DNA of 63,147 bases, counting the filler, from Conidiobolus incongruus B7586 (taxonomy: Eukaryota), in the NCBI GenBank assembly GCA_000697335.1. It is 9 parts of 9 records of this genome, joined end to end, with 100 filler letters (N's around TTAATTAATTAA, not from the genome) between each part and the next. Parts side by side here need not be neighbours in the genome. Positions count along the whole stretch, not along the records: positions 55,566 to 61,164 come from JNEM01006001.1; positions 61,265 to 63,147 come from JNEM01006004.1; 7 more parts are not named here. One strand, given 5' to 3'. The translations under genes were made by a program, and so were the position numbers. Positions 55,856-63,147 of this stretch are shown here, piece by piece. Within the stretch, counting starts at the first letter, position 1. The number at the start of each line of letters is the position of its first letter. Below the pieces are notes generated by a model, which was not told the origin of the DNA, ran no database searches, and saw only the letters and a program-made list of their open reading frames with translations.

Positions 55856-56712
55856 TTTAATAATCTAGAAATCTAAGTATAAAGTATCTAATAGTATATA
55901 GCCTTCAAGTGATACTTTTAAAAATTGTACTATTTCAAGACTTTTATACTCTTAATTTTATGATCAATTTATCATTTGTAGAAAATTTCTTGGTATTGAT
56001 TTAACAAGGATACTACTTAGATTAATTATAAAAACTATCCAAGATATATGAGGTAAATTGTGAATACATATGACTAATATGAAAATATAGTAACAAGAAG
56101 TATTTACAATGCTATTTAGATATATTATATGACAATTAATTCAAATATTGCAAAATCATCATGAAACTCAGGTATGCAATTTTTAGAAAATAGACTTTTA
56201 ACATTGGATGATATTCTTAATAGTGACAATATAATTTGCCAGATAATAAATTTTTATTGATTTTAAAATATTCCCAAGTTATTTAATAATATCTGGAATA
56301 TTTTAACAATGTGAAACACTTCAGACTATTATTCATTGCTTATATTAAATTTGTTGATTTTAATGGATGACATATTATTTAAACATTATAAATTTAAAAA
56401 ATGATTCTTTAAAAATAAGAACTAATGCATCAAAGAAAAGCTATTGGTCAATGGTAAATTGAAAAAATTCCAAAATACTACTTTCTGTTTTTGCAAAGTT
56501 TATTTTAAATTATTAATAAGCATAGTACAATGTTTAGATATATTCATTGATTAAGCATAGTAAATATCGCTTGAAATAGAATCAATAAACTTGAAATATT
56601 CAAAAATGTCAAAGTTATTGCAAATTTAACAAATGTTTAGAAATATTTGAATATATAAATTAAAAGCATCAATTATAATTAAAGAAATAGTATAATTTAT
56701 TATATTAACTGA

Positions 56713-57096
56713 CTAAGCACTAAAGAATTTAGTATTAGAATCCTTGTCAATGTGGTTAGCATCCACATTCTTTTTATGAATATTATCATTAAATACCGCT
56801 GCATTGGTATTACGATCAAATTGATTCTTGTGGAAGCTGGAAGCGTCAAAATCCTTATTATGGGAGAAGAATACTGGGTTGAATCCCCAGCCGCCGCCTC
56901 CATAGTAATCTGGGTAGCCACCATAGTATCCAGGCCCTCCTCCATAGAAGTTATTGGAATAATATCCGCCAAATTGGTTAGGATAATACCCGCCAAATTG
57001 GCTAGGGTAAAAGTTTCCGTAGGGATGGCCGTAGAATGAGCAGTCAGCACTGGAGATAAGAGCAAACAAAGGAGCAAGCAAAGATTTCAAATACAT
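56713..57096 (-). CDS. Small secreted Gly/Tyr-rich protein, paralog 2 (127 aa)
   Basis: Intact intronless ORF with signal peptide ending near SSADC, expanded QFGGYY repeats and the same C-terminal domain. Confidence 0.9.
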   Translation of the reverse strand: MYLKSLLAPLFALISSADCSFYGHPYGNFYPSQFGGYYPNQFGGYYSNNFYGGGPGYYGGYPDYYGGGGWGFNPVFFSHNKDFDASSFHKNQFDRNTNAAVFNDNIHKKNVDANHIDKDSNTKFFSA

Positions 57097-57166
57097 GACG
57101 AATAGATAATCTTCAAAATTAATATAGATATTAAGGTATAATGATGTTTTATTGGACCTAGCATAT

Positions 57167-57176
57167 CCTATTTATA
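57167..57176 (-). promoter_or_regulatory. TATA box TATAAATAGG of paralog 2; identical at 59991-60000 for paralog 3
   Basis: Same 10-mer ~70-95 nt upstream of both ATGs, inside a conserved ~40-nt block. Paralog 1 has TATAAAAG at a similar distance. Confidence 0.6.
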
Positions 57177-57819
57177 TTGCCCTCCTATTGATTTGAACAT
57201 GAATATAATCAAAGTTGTCAGAAATAGTTGACATTTCATTAACAAAGAAACTCAATTTATCAAATTTTAGAGCTGAAATTGATCACTTGAGATAACTATA
57301 AAAATGTTGAATTGGATAATAATTTATCACTTCAAATTAATATAACATGAAATGACCATATAAATATTATAGAATGAAAGAGAGATTTATTTTATCAGTA
57401 TACCAATGTATCAGTGATCTTTAATAAAATACCTCAAAGAATTGCTCAAATCATTTGCTATCAAATTAATTGGCTGATATATTGATAATTGAAATGTTAA
57501 ATTCAATATATTCTTTAAAATTGTGATTTTGGTATCCAGTAATATACTAAAATGGCTATATATGAATTATCATACTTTTACAACCTTTAAATAATAAGCA
57601 AAAATGTTAAGAACAAATTCTCAATGACCTAAATTGAATGAAAAAGGTATTTGAATATGAAAAAAATTGGAGTATAAGAATATTAACATTAAAAAGTAGC
57701 AAATAATAAAATATATTATATTGGATTTATAATTGGTTTTAAAAATTTTGATTTTTTTGAATATTAATTTAAATACAATCAAAATGAGTATTTTAATGAT
57801 GGTGATGTAAATTACCCAA

Positions 57820-57891
57820 GACGTGTTGGCGCAATGGTAGCGCGTCCGCCTCCAGAGCGGAAGGCTGGGAGTTCGAGTCTCTCACGCGTCA
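57820..57891 (+). tRNA. tRNA-Trp (anticodon CCA), intronless
   Basis: Cloverleaf: acceptor GACGTGT/ACGCGTC, D-stem GCGC/GCGC, anticodon stem TCCGC/GCGGA with loop CTCCAGA, T-arm GGGAG-TTCGAGT-CTCTC. T-runs follow downstream. Confidence 0.96.
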
Positions 57892-58669
57892 TCTTAATGC
57901 TAAGATTTTCGATTTTTTAATGGCTTAAAAAATACTATTGCTCTTTGATCAATACTATTAAGCTATTTTTGCCCAGATTTAATTCTATTAGTCTCAAATA
58001 ACGATAATTTAAAATACTATAAAGTTCAAGTTTGACAACAGAAATAACGCAAGCTACTTTTGCTGCAGAACTGGGAAATACATTTGTAATAAATTCACAT
58101 CCAAAGATATTTATAAATTGTATACCTTATTATCTATAATACACAATTATAAACCAAGTAAATGATCAGCTTATGAATTTAACTATGTTGTGTTTATTTT
58201 GTATTAATAATAGCTTGATCATAGTAGAAAATTATAATCTTGAAATAAATTTTTCTGATTTGATTCTTTGAAAACAAATTTGAAAATTTTTATTACTTTC
58301 AGCCAATCAAATTGCTTGTTAGACGTCCCGAAATCGATTGAAAATGATTTGGAATTTGTCATCCAATTCTATGATTTATCCACTTGGGAATTCAAATTTT
58401 ACCTTTCAAGTCCAAAATAGAAGCAGATTGCTTTTTTAATTAAATGGAAAATTAAACAACTTGTTTATTTTTAGCTAAAATAGCCCTGATAATATACTTC
58501 AGCCAATGAGTTGGCTACAGTTCATTGACTGCAAAGATGGAGCTAATCCACCTAAAAATCTTGCAGAATTAACCAAATTCATCTATAAAAATGACGAAAT
58601 CTAGAGAGCTTCAACTACACATTTGAATAATTTTGACTAATCCAATATATTATTACTCATAAATCTATC

Positions 58670-59292
58670 ATGGTTACTGTAGATCCCAAAGAATACGAAC
58701 ACTTGACAGAGCGCGAAAGAATGGTCGCTGGATACCCCTACCTTCCCCCGATCCCGAACTAGTGCAGGGACGTTTGAGAGCTAGACAGTTAATGTACGAA
58801 TTCAATCACTCCAAACCTGATGATTTGGCTTATCGCAAAAAGATCCTAACTGAACTATTCAAGAAGGGCGGCGACGAAGTGTTCATTGAGCCTCCATTCA
58901 CCTGTGACTATGGCTTCAACATTGAATTCGGCACCAATGTCCAGCTCAATTTCAACTGTTGCATCCTAGACTGCTCCCATATCAAAATCGGCAATAACGT
59001 GTTCATTGCTCCAAATGTCCAAATCTACGCTGCCACTCATCCAACCGATCCCCTTGAAAGGAGAACTTGCGAGCTTGCTAAACCTGTGACCATTGGGGAC
59101 GATGTTTGGATTGGTGGCAATGTCACAATCTGTCCAGGTGTGACTATTGGCGATGGCGTCACCATTGGAGCTGGTAGCGTCGTGACTAAGAATGTTCCTC
59201 CCTATGTTGTAATTGCTGGAAATCCTGCAAGAGTAATTAAACAGCTGCCTGGTTATGATGAATATCAGAAATTAAAAAATTCTGAAAAATGA
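58670..59292 (+). CDS. Maltose/galactoside O-acetyltransferase (Mac domain and hexapeptide repeats); one frameshift at a C run near 58745-58749
   Basis: MVTVDPKEYEHLTERERMVAGYPYLP / DPELVQGRLRAR...IEPPFTCDYGFNI...IGNNVFIAPNVQIYAATHP...PVTIGDDVWIGG...GAGSVVTKNVP...GNPARVIK. Confidence 0.92.
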
Positions 59293-59596
59293 ACTTTGTT
59301 GAAATATGTAATAAATATAATTTGTCATTTGGTTTTTGATATATTTGTAAATTTATATAATTATTATTAGTTTAGTAATAGTATCATTTAAAGTGATACC
59401 ATACGTTGAATTGGACATAATAAACTGAAATTTACTTATAGTTAATATAATTTTGAAAATCATATAATATATGAAAAATTAATTAAAATTGAAATTGTTA
59501 TTCAACAATCTCCATATTTATGAATTGCGTGGAATATGCAATTGAGCAGTAAAATAATAATATAATGTTTATTAATAAGTCTAATCCATCAAACAT

Positions 59597-59905
59597 CTAA
59601 GCACTAAAGAACTTAGTATTAGAATCCTTATTAACACGATTAGCATCCACATCCTTCTTATGAATTTTATCACTAAAAACTGCTGCATTGGTATTACGAT
59701 CAAACTGATTCTTGCGGAAATTAGAAGCGTCAAAGTCCTTGTTTTGAGCGAAGAACACTGGATTAAATCCCCAACCACCTCCATAATATCCAGGGTAGCC
59801 ACCATAGTATCCTGGGAAGCCTCCGTAGAATTGGTTGCCGTAGAATGAGCAGTCAGCGGAAGCGATGAGAGTAATTAAAGGAGTGATCAAGGCGTTCAAT
59901 TGCAT
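59597..59905 (-). CDS. Small secreted Gly/Tyr-rich protein, paralog 3 (102 aa)
   Basis: Intact ORF with signal peptide, (GG[F/Y]PGYY)2, GGWGFNPVFF and a C-terminal domain ending KFFSA, as in paralog 2. Confidence 0.9.
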   Translation of the reverse strand: MQLNALITPLITLIASADCSFYGNQFYGGFPGYYGGYPGYYGGGWGFNPVFFAQNKDFDASNFRKNQFDRNTNAAVFSDKIHKKDVDANRVNKDSNTKFFSA

Positions 59906-60879
59906 TTGGGATGAATAGTAGTAGCTCTAAATATATAAATATAAAGTAAAAGTTGTATAGTACAATGATGATTGTATTAAACAGTATAGTCCTATTTATA
60001 ATATATTCATAATTGAAATCACATTGTGATAAAATATTATTCAATAACTATTATTATTCAGCTAAAAAATTTGCTGTCAATTTATCAAATTTTACAATTT
60101 ATCACTTTGAATGATTCTAATATATTAGAATTTATCAAAGCCAAATATCATATAATCATATAGAAAATATATAATATATGAATAAATATTTATTATGATT
60201 TGGTAGTGTCTAAAGAATAATTCTTTGTCTTAAATTTAAAATATTTTGAAAATTTCAATTGGTGAATTAATTTCAATACTTTTATTGATTAAATTATTTA
60301 ATATTTGTTTTGTTCTTATTATGGATACTCTATAATATATTTAGTTAACTACAAAAATTTAAATTAATAAACATGAATTTAGAAGTATTATATCTTCAAA
60401 ATGCCATTTTCAGAATTAAATGAAGTTATCAATTTTTCAATATTACTGAATTTGAAATATAGATATAAAATAACTATAGATGTTTATTGGGTTATGAATA
60501 ATATCTATTATTAATGTTGAATTTATATTTTTCTTATTTTATTTAATAGTTATTTTAAGTTTTTCATATTATTCTAAAAAGCTATTAATTTGTAGTGATA
60601 ATTCAAATATCAATAAAACTATTTTTATTTATTTTTTGCTATATTTATTTTATTATCTTATATAGATATAATCTTTTAATTCTTAAAATTCAATGGAATT
60701 TGGTATATTATGTATATATTTATTGAATAGTTGATATTACTTTGAAACTTAAATAATAAGAATTTTTTGCAATTAAAAATAAATAAGCATTTTGATATAA
60801 AATATATAAAGATAATAATATAGTATAAATTTAATAGTTTCTTTTATTATTAATAACTTTTTGCTATATTTTTAATATA

Positions 60880-61164
60880 CTTTAATATTTAAAAAATAAT
60901 TCTTTTTATTAAAGACTAAAATTTAATGTTTTAAAAACCAATTAAAATTTTTTATAGAATTTTTTTTTCTTATAAACTGATTTTTTAATTATTTAAAATA
61001 ATTATAATCATATAGGTTATAATCTAAAAAATATATTAGATATAATATTTTTTCTAGTTATTTTTAATTACAAAGCCTTTTATAGCTTTGAATCTATGTA
61101 TTTTATAATTATCATATAAATTAATAAGTTCTCTTAAATTATATTAAAAATATTAATTGAAAAT
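60880..61164. repeat. Third copy of the 9.5/9.9-kb repeat
   Basis: ttttttaattatttaaaataattataatcatataggttataat is nearly identical to 9977-10019; the flanks are collinear. Confidence 0.7.
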
Positions 61165-61264
61165 NNNNNNNNNNNNNNNNNNNNNNNNNNNNNNNNNNNN
61201 NNNNNNNNTTAATTAATTAANNNNNNNNNNNNNNNNNNNNNNNNNNNNNNNNNNNNNNNNNNNN

Positions 61265-63147
61265 TATATTAGATTACTTGAAATTATAATATATAAATAA
61301 GGTATATTATTTAATAATAAATAAATATATTTAGATATATATAGTAAACTATTAGCAAAAATATTAACCCTTAATATTTAACTAAAGTAAGTTATAAATT
61401 TGTAGGTTTTTGAGATAAAAGGATATATTTAACAATATATAACTATATCTTTTTTCTCTCTTTGTTATTATTTTATATTATAATTTACAAATATACTAAA
61501 TTTTTTTATTAGTATTATTATACTTAAATCCCTCTTTAAAAAAATCTACTTGTACATCAATTAACTTTATAAAAAAGGTAAATTAACTTGTGATATTGCT
61601 AGAATTACTAGTATTAACTAGTTTACTATAGTTAAAGCTATTAAGAATAACAATAAAGAAACATTTAAACTTAAACTTAAGTGTGTTAAAATTATAAATA
61701 AACATAATGAGAAGTATATTTGTAGGTTAGTTAATATAAGCAAGTGTGGTATTATTGTAGAAATATAACAGGAACTATAAAACTATATAAAAATATTAGT
61801 TAACACTGATATTATTATATGTGTTTTATATTAGCATAGATATCATTTACACTTTAAGAAAAAACACCCCTAACTAAAAAAATCCTATTGTAAAGCTAGA
61901 TAAGAGTTTAAATAGCATTACTAGTGTTAAACTAAAACTAATTAGAATAAAGTTATTTAGTTTAATAAAATAAAAATATACTTTAGTAAATTTAATAAAA
62001 AAGTTAAATAATTTAAAAAAAATATAGAACTACTTTATAACCATTATATTAATTTTACCCAAAAGTACAATGATGGGTTAATTATTATTTAAGGATATAT
62101 GTTGTTTTTAGGTGTAAGGTATCTTAATAAAGTTAATAAAGGAATTAATATTGAGATATACTAAAGGATTTTAAACAATGAATTAAAAAAACCATTGAAT
62201 AATATAGGTTAAATTAATCTGATATTATTTTTTAGTAAGATAATACCTTTTGCTATACTGTTAAGAGACTAGTTCTCTAAATTCTTATATATATTTTTAT
62301 ATAATTTAATTAACTATAAATTATATGATTAATTTATACTTTTATAGCTAAATTAATTGTATAAATAGCATTGAATTATCTAATAAACTAGGTTCCTCTT
62401 TTTTTCCTCTCAATTCTTACTATTTTTACTTTTACACTATTTCTAAGATTGAGACTATATTCTGTCAATATTGTAGGATATTGGCACTACCTAATATAAA
62501 TCTTAATATATTGGTGACTCACCCTAGTTCAAAGCTTAATTAAACTTTGTTTACACTTGCACACTACAGCCACATTATATTACCACGTTCTGCACCACAC
62601 TACTTTTATATTAAGTCTTCCTCTGCACTATATTAGTTTAACTACCACTATGCTTACATATACTATAACTTCTATTACCAAATAGCTTAAAAATAACAAG
62701 ATAATAGTTATAAAGTAATTTCTTCAATTTTTTAACTTTAATCTAATTAAACACCTTTGGGATTAATTAAAAAAAGCTATTAAAGCTTTCCCCTTAGTTA
62801 AAGATTTAAATCAACTTTAAAAATATATTTAAGAAGTATAAAACAAGATTAACCTTTCTTAGTATAAAAAGTTAGTTGATTCTATACCCTATAAACTTAA
62901 AGAGGTTAGAAAAGCTAAAGATAGATATATTAGGTTTTAATTTTTTTTTATCACCAAAAACCTACAAATTTATAACTCATCTTAAGTAAAATTTAAAGGT
63001 TTATATTTTAGTTAATTAATAGCTAAATATCATCATTTAATGATATATATAATTAATAAATATAATAGATTTTAATTATTTAATTTAAATTTATTTTATT
63101 AAATATTAATTAAGTTATTAGTAAAAATATAAGTGTTTTTGATTTTA
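61265..63147. mobile_element. Inverted copy B of the 21.9-23.4 kb element, with an extra internal ~430 bp
   Basis: The reverse complement aligns to 21900-23400. Inverted motif at 61387-61410 / 62957-62980 matches 22/24. Confidence 0.7.

Noticed and set aside
57820..57891. tRNA-Trp as a UGA suppressor or selenocysteine-related tRNA
   Set aside because: Standard 72-nt cloverleaf with a 5-bp anticodon stem, CCA anticodon and short variable arm. The Cys codons in the thioredoxin and sulfite oxidase active sites are TGT and TGC.
55566..59905. Secreted family as KEX2-processed RiPP (dikaritin-type) precursors
   Set aside because: No repeated cores flanked by KR/RR sites and no DUF3328 or tyrosinase gene nearby.
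11619..61264. TTAATTAATTAA repeated eight times between N runs
   Set aside because: Assembly linker, not biology. True gaps must be longer than 100 bp, because the missing parts of TRL1, GUS1, IQGAP and JIP5 cannot fit.

Overview
Very AT-rich eukaryotic DNA with short (~45-60 nt) GT-AG introns. Gene content (Trl1, Fes1, Msp1, Iqg1-type IQGAP) indicates a fungus, probably an early-diverging zygomycete-grade one such as Conidiobolus (inference). Eight artificial 100-bp linkers (44 N + TTAATTAATTAA + 44 N) join the contigs, so neighbourhood across gaps is uncertain. Housekeeping genes: TXNDC17-like thioredoxin, MFAP1, Trl1 (partial), Fes1, Asterix, sulfite oxidase, mitochondrial ketoacyl-ACP synthase, Msp1, GluRS (partial), IQGAP (partial), WDR55/Jip5 (partial), maltose O-acetyltransferase and tRNA-Trp(CCA). 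There is also a predicted GPI-anchored protein and an F-box/LRR gene, with decayed F-box-like copies and transposon relics between the genes. Most notable: RIP-like transition hypermutation of repeats, including a PIF/Harbinger relic; a topoisomerase I paralog that appears to lack all five catalytic residues; three clustered secreted Gly/Tyr-rich proteins with a 14-residue repeat domain; a WCPDT thioredoxin; a heme-less sulfite oxidase; and a recurring ATCCCATAA upstream motif.
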